A DNA stretch of 58,511 nt, filler included, from Mitosporidium daphniae (lineage: Eukaryota): the NCBI RefSeq assembly GCF_000760515.2. It is 3 parts of 3 records of this genome, joined end to end, with 100 filler letters (N's around TTAATTAATTAA, not from the genome) between each part and the next. Parts side by side here need not be neighbours in the genome. Positions count along the whole stretch, not along the records: positions 20,099 to 39,753 come from NW_013546130.1; positions 39,854 to 58,511 come from NW_013546128.1; 1 more part is not named here. One strand, 5' to 3'. Each line of letters opens with the position of its first letter. Position 1 is the first letter of the stretch. The position numbers and the translations under genes are program-made. The notes below the pieces were generated by a model, which worked only from the letters and a program-made list of their open reading frames with translations, was not told the DNA's origin and ran no database searches. Shown one piece after another: positions 38,860 to 49,569 of the stretch.

Positions 38860-39349
38860 ATGTCCTACTTACTCCCCCACTTGACTAATGGATGGCAGGT
38901 AGATCAGGCCATATTGGCCGAGGAAGATAAAGTGGTAATCATTCGATTTGGGCACGATTGGGTAGCATATTATTTGCTTAGCTTTTAGGACAAGTCATGC
39001 ATGAAAATGGATGAAACCCTATATAAAGTTGCCGATCTTGTAAAGAACTTTGCCGTTATTTATCTAGTGGATATCACGGAAGTTCCAGATTTTAATGTAA
39101 TGTATGAGCTTTATGATCCCTGCACAGTTATGTTCTTCTATCGAAACAAACACATCATGATTGACTTGGGCACTGGAAACAACAACAAAATTAACTGGCC
39201 AATCGATGACAGGCAAGAAATGATCGACATTGTGGAGACCGTTTTCCGCGGCGCATCCAAAGGTTTGGGCGTGTTATTCTTTAATGCTTATTATAGGGCG
39301 TGGATTGGTCGTTTCCCCGAGAGACTATTCGACCAAGCATAAATACTAA
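38860..39349 (+). CDS. DIB1: U5 snRNP protein Dib1/Dim1 (TXNL4A), 2 introns
   Basis: MSYLLPHLTNGWQVDQAI...RFGHDW, NKHIMIDLGTGNNNKINW, GRGLVVSPRDYST. Confidence 0.96.
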
Positions 39350-39360
39350 TAAATCAACCT

Positions 39361-39753
39361 CTATTTGAAAGGATTGGAGTCCTTTTTTCCGGGCTTTGTT
39401 TTGTTGTTGTTTGACATTTGCATCCGAAAGTGATTCATGGTTCTCAACTGCTTACGGGTTGTGATCTCCCAATCCTCAAGATACTGTTTTGGACGAGGTT
39501 TGTCCAACGCTGACCAAATCCAAGTTGGATACGTTTCGTCGGGCTGCAAAATCGGGTCTTTTCCTTCTTTGAATATGTTTATACTGGCCAAGGGTTCGCC
39601 AATTTTAACCTGCTTAAGGGAAATAAACCAGGCCGCTGGGATGAGAAAGAAAAGCGTTACCTTTTGGACGAGGGGGGATAACGTCATCTGGGATCGATTC
39701 GTCACCGATGATTAGTTTTTTCTTTGTGCCCTTTTTTGTGGCATCTTCAAACG
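39361..39753 (-). CDS. Mitochondrial ribosomal protein mL54 (yeast MRPL37-like), 5' end lost in the gap
   Basis: INIFKEGKDPILQPDETYPTWIW motif followed by RKQLR. Confidence 0.75.
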
Positions 39754-39853
39754 NNNNNNNNNNNNNNNNNNNNNNNNNNNNNNNNNNNNNNNNNNNNTTA
39801 ATTAATTAANNNNNNNNNNNNNNNNNNNNNNNNNNNNNNNNNNNNNNNNNNNN
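39754..39853. other. Assembly gap with TTAATTAATTAA linker (39798-39809)
   Basis: N-run, linker, N-run. Confidence 0.97.
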
Positions 39854-40101
39854 AACATCTATTCGATATCATTGCAAACAAATTCGGCCTCACCGGATTT
39901 AGCGTGGCTCCTTTGTATGCCCTCAGTGAATCGTCATTTACCTATTTTGTGTTTTTCGTTTCCAAGATGGTGGCTGTCTCTTAATGGGATCTAATAAATA
40001 TTCGTATTGCTTAGCAAGTACATGTACAAATAACTTAACCCAGCAAAACTGTTTATAGCGCATGTAGGGAGCGGAGTAGAGTGGATAAATGTATTATGTC
40101 T

Positions 40102-40488
40102 TTATGGTTGATTGCTTGCCGATGATATCTGCTTCTGAACCTCTTGAAGCTGGGTGGCTTTCGATACTATTTGTTGCTCAAGCTGCGAAATGATCGTATT
40201 GAGCTATGCATAAATAAGTGCAAAATACATTGGATTCTTGCAGCTCCAGATGCGGAATCATTGCCTCCACGGTCCCTTCAACGAGAACGCCCGAGATCTG
40301 CCGATAACAAGGCCTGGATGGCGACATTTCTCTAAGTGCCTTCATCACAATTCTACGAGGCACAAGTGAATGTAGACTTACCTGGTTTCTTCCCTTTCCA
40401 TCTCAAATTCAGACGCCTTTTCATGTAGTGCCTGTAATTCCGACTTTAGGAACGTCGATTGTGACAATAATTCGGGACTACTCGACAT
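40102..40488 (-). CDS. GIM4: Prefoldin subunit 2 (2 introns)
   Basis: Spliced: EFEMEREETRIVMKALREMSPSRPCYRQISGVLVEGTVEAMIPHLE, the prefoldin beta-subunit pattern. Confidence 0.85.
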
Positions 40489-40542
40489 ATGGCAAAAAAT
40501 TTATTTATAATTTAATTTGACAAGTCGGGAATGCGCAATTCG

Positions 40543-41337
40543 TCAACTGCAAGGCGAGGCCACTATGTCCGCTATAATTGACAGAGTCTTGGCTTTCATT
40601 GAAGGGTGTAGGGTTGGATTTCTGCCGAGAGTCTTAGCTGCAAACATTAGGACCGAAGTGGCTTCTTGGCTATATGACCTGCCCTTGGTAATGTCGCTGT
40701 TGATTGCAGGCTGGTACCTCGAGTAATCGCCTGTGATCATCTCCTTTTCAACTATTTGACATTCCTCGGATATTTTCTCCGAGGAAATCGGCGTTTTTGG
40801 AAACTCAGCATATGGTATATTTGACGAGGATGGCCTTGTCGATTCCTGTAACTGCTCCCAAATAAACTTTTGAGATACCACCTTTATGGCTTCAGCTTCA
40901 CTTGGAAGTAGAGGAGAAAATTTGTCCCAATTCGTTTTAAAAGGAGCATCTCGAAATTCATTGGCCAGAGTGTGTTCTATTTGATCCTCTCCAACCGGAA
41001 TCTTAAACTCTTTCAAACTGGCCAATTTCTGCCTCGATAGAGACATGATTATGGAAGAATTGAATGGCGGAGCCTCAAACAATTCCTCCAATCTTGGTTC
41101 GTCAGAGTCATTGATGGATGCTAAAGCCAAATTTTGATGATAGAATTTGTTGGATGTCTTGTCTTGTCTGGCTTCGTACAGCGAATCAAACTGCGGGTCT
41201 GCCTCGTGCAACTTTATCGGCTGNTCAAGCTCATTTGTATTTTTTAGCATATCTGAGGGGGAACGCTTTGCCGAAAAAGCCCTCATTCGGACGCCTGGCC
41301 TGATAAGCCTTATAGAAAGACAAAGAAACTGATTCAT
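40543..41337 (-). CDS. Hypothetical protein with a mitochondrial-presequence-like N-terminus
   Basis: 264-aa ORF with an Arg/Ser-rich, acid-free N-terminus; family not recognised. Confidence 0.55.
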   Translation of the reverse strand: MNQFLCLSIRLIRPGVRMRAFSAKRSPSDMLKNTNELXQPIKLHEADPQFDSLYEARQDKTSNKFYHQNLALASINDSDEPRLEELFEAPPFNSSIIMSLSRQKLASLKEFKIPVGEDQIEHTLANEFRDAPFKTNWDKFSPLLPSEAEAIKVVSQKFIWEQLQESTRPSSSNIPYAEFPKTPISSEKISEECQIVEKEMITGDYSRYQPAINSDITKGRSYSQEATSVLMFAAKTLGRNPTLHPSMKAKTLSIIADIVASPCS

Positions 41338-41364
41338 GGTGTGTTGAAAAATGAAATAATTTAT

Positions 41365-42390
41365 TTAACGAGTAAATTTTGTACTCTTAACGATGTTAGT
41401 TCTAATACCAGAGCGCTCACCCGCATAAGGCGCGCCATGCATTTTTGGCGCAACCATAGGCTTGAATCCCTTGATCTTTTTCATTGCCCTTTCATATCTC
41501 TTTCTTTGCTTGACACGTGGATTCCTTTGCTCCTTGGACCGGACTGGAAGCAAGCCCTTGTTCTTCAAGATTTCATAAGGTATTGTTCTCTTGGACCCGG
41601 CATCCATATCATTGTACCTATCATAAGACGGTCCGGAATAGGAACAGTTGGGGTTCTTTTCCTTTTTGGCTGCTTTTAGCGACTTGATGGCCTCGTAATA
41701 CTCTTCATCTGAATTTACATCCCTTTTGTTGATTTTGTTGGCATATTCGTCTTGGTGGTCAAGCCCACATTCCCCTTCGGTCTCACAAGAGCTATATAAA
41801 TCATCCTCCAATTCAGATTGAGAAAGAGACTCATCCTCGCGTTCGGATCCGCTGCTTTGCCGATCTTTAGAGCATGACTTGGGCACTTGATTTGCTTTTG
41901 AAACGAAATAAAGGTTTTTGGAATTTTCAACAATTCTGCCATTTTTGTAATATGGAAAGCAAGTAGGGGCTTCGTAATATTGAATGTTTTGATAATACAA
42001 CTTTTGATCTGCTAACCCTGGAAAATAATAATCGCAGAGCCTTAAGGATGCTCTTTTCAACCTCTGAACTCGAATGCATTCCAGCAACTCTTCCTTCTCA
42101 GCATTTTTATCGCTTGAATAGAATATCTTTTTTTTTCTTCCCCAGGCTTTAATATCTGAATTTAAATAGTATTCTTCGTTTAATAGTGTGTCTTCGCTGA
42201 ATTCGTCGGAAGAAGGATCAAGAGGAAGGACATCTTGCTCGTTTAAAAACGGTGCATCTTCGTACTCCAAAACTGCTGATGTATTTTTAGAATCTTCAAA
42301 TAAGATTTTGTCTCTCGAGTGATGAAATTTGTCTACTTCATCGTCAGAAAGGTCCGAAAAATGCCCACCGGCTTTGCCATTTTTTGCCAT
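41365..42390 (-). CDS. SAS10: Sas10/Utp3 SSU processome protein
   Basis: N-terminal DEVDKFH..RDKI and WGRKKKIFY; C-terminal KNKGL...RNPRVKQRKRY...YAGERSGI...KSTKF. Confidence 0.9.
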   Translation of the reverse strand: MAKNGKAGGHFSDLSDDEVDKFHHSRDKILFEDSKNTSAVLEYEDAPFLNEQDVLPLDPSSDEFSEDTLLNEEYYLNSDIKAWGRKKKIFYSSDKNAEKEELLECIRVQRLKRASLRLCDYYFPGLADQKLYYQNIQYYEAPTCFPYYKNGRIVENSKNLYFVSKANQVPKSCSKDRQSSGSEREDESLSQSELEDDLYSSCETEGECGLDHQDEYANKINKRDVNSDEEYYEAIKSLKAAKKEKNPNCSYSGPSYDRYNDMDAGSKRTIPYEILKNKGLLPVRSKEQRNPRVKQRKRYERAMKKIKGFKPMVAPKMHGAPYAGERSGIRTNIVKSTKFTR

Positions 42391-42510
42391 CCAGATTAAA
42401 GAACAAAAATTTTTGGTTTAATTTTTGGTTTAATTTTTATTTGTTTCTGGAGATTGTTGCACATTTATCGTCGCGTATGTCACCTTGAAGAGCCAAAACG
42501 AAGGCAATAA

Positions 42511-42960
42511 CTAGTATAAATACTGGTCTTTCTTTATCTTGTTCAACGTTTTTTGTATTTCCTCTAACAATTTTTGGAGTGTCGAGCTGTCTGCTGGATG
42601 TTTCTGCTCCCCGTAGTTAAAGTGGTATACTCCCACATTTGGCGAGCTACATGATTGGTCTTTTGACAGATCGCGTTTGTCGCTAATATTTGATGTGTCT
42701 TTTTCGAGGTCCACTATTTCGCCTTTTGGGCTACTTGTGTTGGAACTATTTTTCTTTTGAAATTCTTCCATAAATTTATACAAACGAGCTATTGATTCCT
42801 TAAAGCCATCCTCAAAAGGCTTCGTAACATTTTTCATACTTTCAGTAATGTTGGCATTAAAATCAGCTGGATCAAGCTTTGAGTTTTTGGGCCCAAGTGC
42901 ACTTGTCCATTTAACAAGAATTAACAAGCTATATAATATTAATCTCTGTGTTACGAGCAT
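42511..42960 (-). CDS. Orphan secreted protein (signal peptide)
   Basis: 149 aa; hydrophobic N-terminus MLVTQRLILYSLLILVKWTSA; intronless. Confidence 0.6.
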   Translation of the reverse strand: MLVTQRLILYSLLILVKWTSALGPKNSKLDPADFNANITESMKNVTKPFEDGFKESIARLYKFMEEFQKKNSSNTSSPKGEIVDLEKDTSNISDKRDLSKDQSCSSPNVGVYHFNYGEQKHPADSSTLQKLLEEIQKTLNKIKKDQYLY

Positions 42961-43071
42961 AATGCAAGGAACACCAGAGATGTAAACCCTAGGTTAACCT
43001 GCTACCATCCTAGTGGTTGAATTTAGACCCAATAAGTTGCGTATTTTATTGTGTAAATTTTTTAATTTTAA

Positions 43072-44601
43072 ATGTTTTATGGGTTTAAAGATTATCTAAT
43101 TGGACAATGTTCCTTTGGAAAGACCCCTTCCGAGACTTACTCTGGTGACAAGCAGGAAAAAATTTGCGATTTTGTGCAGGTTCCACTGAAGTTTGAGAAA
43201 GTTCGCTCTTCACTTAATTAATAGTTAGTCCTGTTCGGCTTTTGCATCTGCCTATCTTCGTTTTTATTCCACCTAATCATCCTTCCAATAAGGATCGTTA
43301 CCGGGGTTTTCGTTATTTTATCGAGGCTTTTAAAAAAGATATTCAAAAAGACGCCAGTGCTCTCTTGTAATGCAGAATTTCATGATTGCGTCAAATTTTT
43401 TGTCTTCTGCATTAGCTGTTTCTTTTTGGGGCTAGTTGATCTTTCCAAATTGTATCACTTTATTAGAGGCCAAAACATTGTCAAGCTTTATGTGATTTTT
43501 AATGTTTGCGAGGTTAAGATTTTGAAATTTTTACTCTAAAGATAGCCGATAAGCTGTGTTGCTCATTTGGGCTGGATTTGCTGAACGCCGTCGTTAACTC
43601 GCCCCCTGTCAATGTTTTCGGATTTTCCAGGTTGATTTCCAAAATGCATCAACCTCACATGTCGTCTGAAAAAAACTTTAAATTTATAACGCTTCTTGTT
43701 ATTTCTTCCGTGTATTGTTGCATTCATACGCTTGTGCTGATTTATCAAATCATTGCGCTTAATGTGGCCATCAATTCTCACAGCAATGCGCTGCTAACCT
43801 TGCTACTATCAAATCAGTTTGTGGAGTTAAAGTCGTCTGTTTTCAAAAAGTTTGAAAAGGAAAATTTGTTCCAATTATCGTGTTCAGGTTTTGCTTTTTT
43901 TATAACCGCATAGAAATGGTTGAAAGAATGGTTATCTTTATGTTCTGCGTGATGATTGGCTGGAGGAACGTCCTCCAATTGACTAGTGATGATAGAGCTT
44001 CTTTCTGGCAATTAGTCGTTTTAACATTTACCCCGCTATTGATAACATATGTGTCTGAAATATTTGTGGATTGGCTCAAGCATTGCTTTATTACCAAATT
44101 TAACGCCATCAATCCGATGGTGTACGACACATATTTCAGTATCCTCTGCAACGACATCACACCGTTTTCCTCGATTTCCCCTTTGCAGAACAATGTAACC
44201 AGTTGTGTTTATTTAATCGTTCCTTGTCCATTTAGGATGCTAATTTATCTAAAATTGTTACCGTAGCCACAAAGATCGGCTTTTCCCCGCTTCCATTGTG
44301 CTGCCTCACGGTTACCGTTTTTTCGCAGCTTTTCAACTCGCACTCGTTTGCGTTCGATTTTTCTTCGCTTTATGTGGGCTCATTTGTGCTGTTTTGGTTT
44401 GGTTTGATTTTCCTATCGCCTAGCTTTATTGTTGCAAAATATTTGCTCGATACTTTCATCATCAGCGTTTGCATTGAAAGATCTTCCACCATAACCATCA
44501 AAGACACCCAGGAGCCACGGAACTTGGCCATGCATCAAAAGAGCAGCACAAAGAAGACATGCTCGACCCCTGTAAATAGCACCACTACTCCCAATAAATA
44601 A
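43072..44601 (+). CDS. TAPT1/Emp65 (DUF747) ER membrane protein, several introns
   Basis: YHFIRGQNIVKLYVIFNVCE, NVAINSHSNALLTLLLSNQFVELKSSVFKKF, VDWLKHCFITKFN. Confidence 0.9.
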
Positions 44602-44642
44602 TTTCCAGCTTAGACACGCATTTACCCCATATCGTAAAACCT

Positions 44643-45406
44643 TTATTGTCTCGATGATGGGGAGACTCCGGGAACAGGTGATGAGCACAAATCCCAAATG
44701 CTATTTGTATATTCAAAGGAGGAACGGTCGCCGTCGATTCTGATCAGATGAATGTCGTTCGAATCCATGCTTTTAACCCTAACTCTAATCGAGGGAGGCG
44801 AGTCTGTTGCTGTTGGAATATCATCCAGCAAAGAAACACCCAATGACCTGTATATTCGCAGACGAAGCCTAAAGATAACCAAAACTTTCGCAATACTCAA
44901 ATTCAGATAGCTCCACGGGCTCCATGTTTTCTTTTTTCAAATTGTGTAGCTCCTGTTGAGCCTGGAATAGCTGCAACTCGAAAGACCTATATAAACAAGG
45001 CGTAAAAGATACTCAATCGCAATCTCGGCATCCCTTATTTGCTTGGCCAAGGCAAATTTCCCGGATTCAAGAGAAGCCAGACGCTCCAAGTGTTTCTCAT
45101 GCGTCAGATTAGGCGGACGCACAGAGTCTAACCTTGCCGCTTCCAATTTTGCAATCCAGGCTATGTTGTCAGGTAAAATAGCGACACATTACCAGCAATG
45201 TTTTCCATGCTTGCGTTCAACTTTTTTTTGGTCTCCTCAGATATTGCATCCATTTGGGCCTTAAGGGACAAGATATGTGTGACATCCGAATTCGATTTAA
45301 ATTTTGGCAACAATGCCAAAATTAATTGACGCGGCTCGTCAAGTGATTGTTGGATGGTCCAAGCGGATGAGCCGCCACTTCCGGATGAGGAAGCAGGGGA
45401 TGCCAT
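44643..45406 (-). CDS. SPC24: Kinetochore Ndc80-complex subunit Spc24 (3 introns)
   Basis: Coiled coil followed by LRLRIYRSLGV...NDIHLIRI...SFEYTNSIW. Confidence 0.8.
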
Positions 45407-45441
45407 AGATTGCAAATTAAAATTTTCTAATTTATCAAATT

Positions 45442-47039
45442 TCAAAGCAGCATTTGGGCCGGGTCTTCCAAAAGCGACTTTAGCGTCTTTAAGAATTGGG
45501 TGCCCAAAGCGCCATCAACGACCCTATGGTCACAGCCCAGGGTTAGAGTCATCTCTGAGCAGGGGATTAATTTATCTTCTTCGACGGCCTCCGCATCCTC
45601 ATTGCTTTGTTCAAGTATTTGCTGAATTGGTCTCCAAACGGTTTCCGTAGCGCCTACAGATAAGATTGCTGCTTGTGGCAGATTAATTATTGACGTGAAT
45701 GAGGTAACTCCGAACATTCCCAAATTGGATATGGTAAATGTACCGCCCTAAAAGGTAACCGATCAAGCGATCGAAGCATACCATAAATTCGTTTGGGGCG
45801 AGTGTCTGGGCCTTTGCCTTGGCTGCAAGTCGCTTGACTTCTGTCGCGGTCTCAAGCAATCCAAGTTTGTCCGCATTAAATACAATTGGAGTTATCAATC
45901 CTTCGCCCGTTGAAACGGCAATCGAAATGTCAACATTGGAATATCTAAACATTAGTAGCTCAGGTCACTCATGAATTGAGTCCCCCATCCATGATGCATT
46001 AATGCCCGGGTGCTCTTTGAGTGACACAGCCACCGCTTTAATGATAAAATCGTTGACAGACACTTTAGTTCCAGGGTGTTTGATAGCAAGATGGCTATTT
46101 ATTCTTTTGCGAATGCCAAGCAAAGAGTCCACATTAACCTTACAATTTAGATGGAAGTGAGGAATTGTAGTTGTCGATTCGGTTAATCTTTTCGCAATCG
46201 TCTAAATTTAGGTTAGCAAATGAAGTGTGTACGCGTCGCATGTTAGAAAGTGGCCTTTGAACGGTGACACCTTTAGCCATTTCCTTGCCGAAGAATGCGG
46301 GTTTCACTTGCTTTTGCTTATCAACAATCGATGTAATATCATTTTCAACTATTCTTCCGCCTGGACCAGAGCCATTGATATGCAAGGAAGATAAGTCGAG
46401 TTTGTTTTCTGCAGCAAGCTTTCTTGCGAGTGGGCTGATTTTAAGTCTAGAAGAAGAAGAAGAAGAAAAATCGGGTTTTTGCATTTGTGGACGCTCATCC
46501 AACACTTTGGTTGGCTTGGATGGCTCAAAATTTGGCTGTGCTTCCTCCAGAACGGGAGCGGAGGTCTTTGAAACAGAGTTGCTGGGATCCTGCTTGGGCG
46601 ATTCCTGGAAGATGCTATCAGGAATAGACGCGATGTCATCTTTATTTTCGACAATCACCAATAATGGCTAACGAATAAGGACTCTAGGTACCTTCCCAAT
46701 TGGAATGTCCTTCCCACCATCGGGATAAATGATCTTGGCAATGTAGCCCTGTTCTTGGCATTCCCAATCCATGGTTGCCTTGTCTGTTTCAATTTCTGCT
46801 AGCGAATCTCCAGGCTTAACAGCATCCCCGACAGCCTTTTTCCATCTAGAAAGCGTTCCCTCAGCCATGGTAGGCGAGAGGGCTGGCATAGAAAGGACTT
46901 GATGCGGTGGAAGTGATCCTGCGAGTTAGAGAAAGAAAAAACCTGACGAAAACACTCTTGTCCATCTTGGGAGAGAAACGGTATTTTTATGTAAAAAATG
47001 CCCTTTGCATACTCTGGCTATACTAGCAGTCATAGCCAT
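45442..47039 (-). CDS. LAT1: Pyruvate dehydrogenase E2 (dihydrolipoamide acetyltransferase), 5 introns
   Basis: MPALSPTM..EIETDKAT lipoyl domain, SPLARKLA..GSGPGGRI subunit-binding domain, DHRVVDG active site. Confidence 0.95.
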
Positions 47040-47161
47040 CACGCACGTTGCTAAAAACACCAATTTCCAACTTTTTGGTTTGTAACTTTTAATTTTAAAA
47101 TCGCACACCACTTTGCATAACGAAGTTTAAAAAGCGATTCTAGTATTCGATTACATTCCTA

Positions 47162-48166
47162 ATGTCTTTGTCGTCTCAGTACAAAAATAGATTTTCCGCG
47201 ATCTTTGCCGACGAGGAGGATTTTGCGCCGGCGACATTATCTGCATCTGATCAAAAGGCGAGTCTCTCAACCGTGCCCCATGTGAAGAAAGCCGTTGCCT
47301 CTTCAGGCCCAATTTTGTCTGGATCTTCACTATCCAAAGTGGACGCTGTTCTCAAGCACCGTGAGGCGGAAAAAAAACGTCTTGCTGAAGAGCTTGAAGA
47401 GAAAAAGAAGGCCGCCGTGGAGGCTGCCCGCCTTGCTGCAGAGGAAGAGGAAAGGAAAAGAGTTGAAATCTCCGCAAAGAAAATGGCAATTAAGGACCGG
47501 AAAGCCAACCCCAAAGCAAGTGATGGATTTGAACTTGTTGGTAAAGATAGCCGCAAAAGACAGACCCGAATTTCCAATCTCATTCATACGCAAAAAACAC
47601 CCGAATCTTCTGAGACCACTGATCGCCAAACGAGGCGTGCCCATGATCGCGAAAATCGCACTGGAATGAAGTTTTCCTCAAGGAGAGGCTACAATGGCCA
47701 CAAAGAATCACTCAACGATACAATTTCTGGAAGCGTCGAATCGGTCGAACCATCCTCAATTCAGGAGGTAGCTCCTGTAGAAGCCGACGCCGACAAGACG
47801 GTACCCAAAACAGGGGAGGAGGAATCTGTCGCCGCTCTGCCCAAAAGATCTGTAATGACTTTTGACGAGTATCTTTCCACCAAAAACACCCTTGTGCTTG
47901 ATTTGCCCAAACGCCTTGCTAATGAGGGAAATGGTCCAAACCAATTTGAAAAGACGATCCCGTTTGTTCGCACAACGGAGTCCTTTATGGGATTTTCCAT
48001 CAAGGACGAAGATGAAAAAACCAAGCCCACCTCTCCGGTCTCTGCGCCCTTGTCGTCTCGCGGCGGCTCGTTCATCGTTGACCCACGTCTTGAGCCGGTG
48101 TTTTCCAAAAAGTCGGCTTCTCCCAAGTCTATCAAACCCCAAAAGGGTACTACTGCTAAGAAATAA
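47162..48166 (+). CDS. Stm1/SERBP1 (HABP4/PAI-RBP1)-like ribosome-binding protein
   Basis: N-terminal KNRFSAIFADEED, RAHDRENRTG and MTFDEYL motifs. Confidence 0.7.
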   Translation: MSLSSQYKNRFSAIFADEEDFAPATLSASDQKASLSTVPHVKKAVASSGPILSGSSLSKVDAVLKHREAEKKRLAEELEEKKKAAVEAARLAAEEEERKRVEISAKKMAIKDRKANPKASDGFELVGKDSRKRQTRISNLIHTQKTPESSETTDRQTRRAHDRENRTGMKFSSRRGYNGHKESLNDTISGSVESVEPSSIQEVAPVEADADKTVPKTGEEESVAALPKRSVMTFDEYLSTKNTLVLDLPKRLANEGNGPNQFEKTIPFVRTTESFMGFSIKDEDEKTKPTSPVSAPLSSRGGSFIVDPRLEPVFSKKSASPKSIKPQKGTTAKK

Positions 48167-48230
48167 CAACACCGGACCCATTAAAAGTTAATAAATATGC
48201 TATTTGAGGTCTATTTAGTTTTACTTTTTA

Positions 48231-48656
48231 CTATGAGCGCAGAAATAGCAGGTAAAATAAAATCATGAACCCCATTAAAAATAGAATGAAATAAACCGTA
48301 TATCGTCCCACCGGTGTTTGGGCCATCACAGTGAGGCGCTTCATGGAGGACTTTAGTAGCACTGTGCCCCTATCAAAGATAGTATCCTAATGCGATACGT
48401 CACTACGTCGTGCTTACCATTTCGTTAATTTCGGCTTTCTGCCCCTCCAATTCCTCTGAAATGTTAATTGAGACATCCATCAGTCGGTTCGTTTTGAGAA
48501 GCAGGTCATCGATGCGACGACGCTCCTCCTCGCCCCCATCATCGCCAGTATTTACTCTGCTGTATGTAGAGGAAACTCTACTCACATAAATTGGGGCATT
48601 TACCTTCTTGAGTTTGGGTAAATATTGGCATTGTAATCGTATCTGTTGGAACTCAT
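48231..48656 (-). CDS. Bet1-like Qc-SNARE (2 introns)
   Basis: SNARE heptads (ISEELEGQKAEINEM/DTIFDRGTVLLKSSMKRL) and a C-terminal TM anchor. Confidence 0.75.
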
Positions 48657-48794
48657 AAAAAAATTAATGTCAAATTCGTAAACCAGAACACCAAATAAAA
48701 TATGGTGCTGCCAGTGATTACAAAGATGATGACGACGACGAGGATAATGACGATGGAAATAACTATTTATTGGTAAAATAATTATTTATTGAAC

Positions 48795-49367
48795 TTATTC
48801 GTTCTTTGCTTTAATGACACCACGTTCGGAAACATAAATACCATCAAGAAACTTACGGACATCCTTGTCCGTAACGTTGGTTGACTGTTGAATGTTTGCT
48901 GCCGATTGGGATACATTATCAATAGAGTTTCCAACGAGCATAATTTCATCCTTTATGCCGGTTTGAGAAACACTGACACCCTCAAGCATGGAAATACGGC
49001 GAATAGCCTTTTCGCCCAAAAAGTTGCGGATCTCAACGAGATTCTTTGAAGGACCAGCAATGTTAATGTTGATGGGAAAGTGAGCATAAACAGATTTCAT
49101 CTTGTACTGGAATCCCTTGGTAACACCTTTAATCATATTTTCAATGTGAGTCGCAACAGTTCTAATCACTGCATTGTGTTTTCTCAAACCAAACCAGACT
49201 TGAAGGCGAAGAGTGGAGGAATTGATGATTTGCATCTCAATATCAACATGCTTGAAGTCTTTAGAAAGGGTTCCACGAGGACCGGTAACCGTTACCAAAC
49301 GAGCCTTTGTTGTAAGAGTTACACCAGATGGGATGTTAATATTAATACTGGTGTTGATAGATTTCAT
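48795..49367 (-). CDS. RPL9: 60S ribosomal protein L9 (uL6)
   Basis: [36 protein letters not shown]. Confidence 0.97.
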   Translation of the reverse strand: MKSINTSININIPSGVTLTTKARLVTVTGPRGTLSKDFKHVDIEMQIINSSTLRLQVWFGLRKHNAVIRTVATHIENMIKGVTKGFQYKMKSVYAHFPININIAGPSKNLVEIRNFLGEKAIRRISMLEGVSVSQTGIKDEIMLVGNSIDNVSQSAANIQQSTNVTDKDVRKFLDGIYVSERGVIKAKNE

Positions 49368-49467
49368 CTAAAAACGTAAGTAAGAACAACGAATGGCAAA
49401 AGACATATATGAAATGGAGCTGCATAACAGCAACGATGGATGAAAATATCTGGCCATAATCTGGTAC
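49368..49467 (-). other. 100-nt 5'-UTR intron immediately before the RPL9 ATG
   Basis: On the minus strand: CAG|GTACC...TTTTTAG|ATG. Confidence 0.7.
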
Positions 49468-49569
49468 CTGATTTGATGATAAAGATAATCCTTAAAAATG
49501 AATTTTTATTTAATGTGTTAGGGTTAGAATTTAGTAAAATCCAAATTTTGGCAATCACGGTTTTCAATC

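Noticed and set aside
40376..40386. ACTTACCTGG resembling the U1 snRNA 5' end (similar on the minus strand near 57270)
   Set aside because: It is the reverse complement of a 5' splice site (prefoldin 2 intron), and no U1 stem-loops or Sm site follow.
48716..48754. GATTACAAAGATGATGACGAC encoding FLAG-like DYKDDDD and containing a box C-like ATGATGA
   Set aside because: No start codon in frame, no terminal Lys, no vector context and no box D; it is a chance GAY trinucleotide run.
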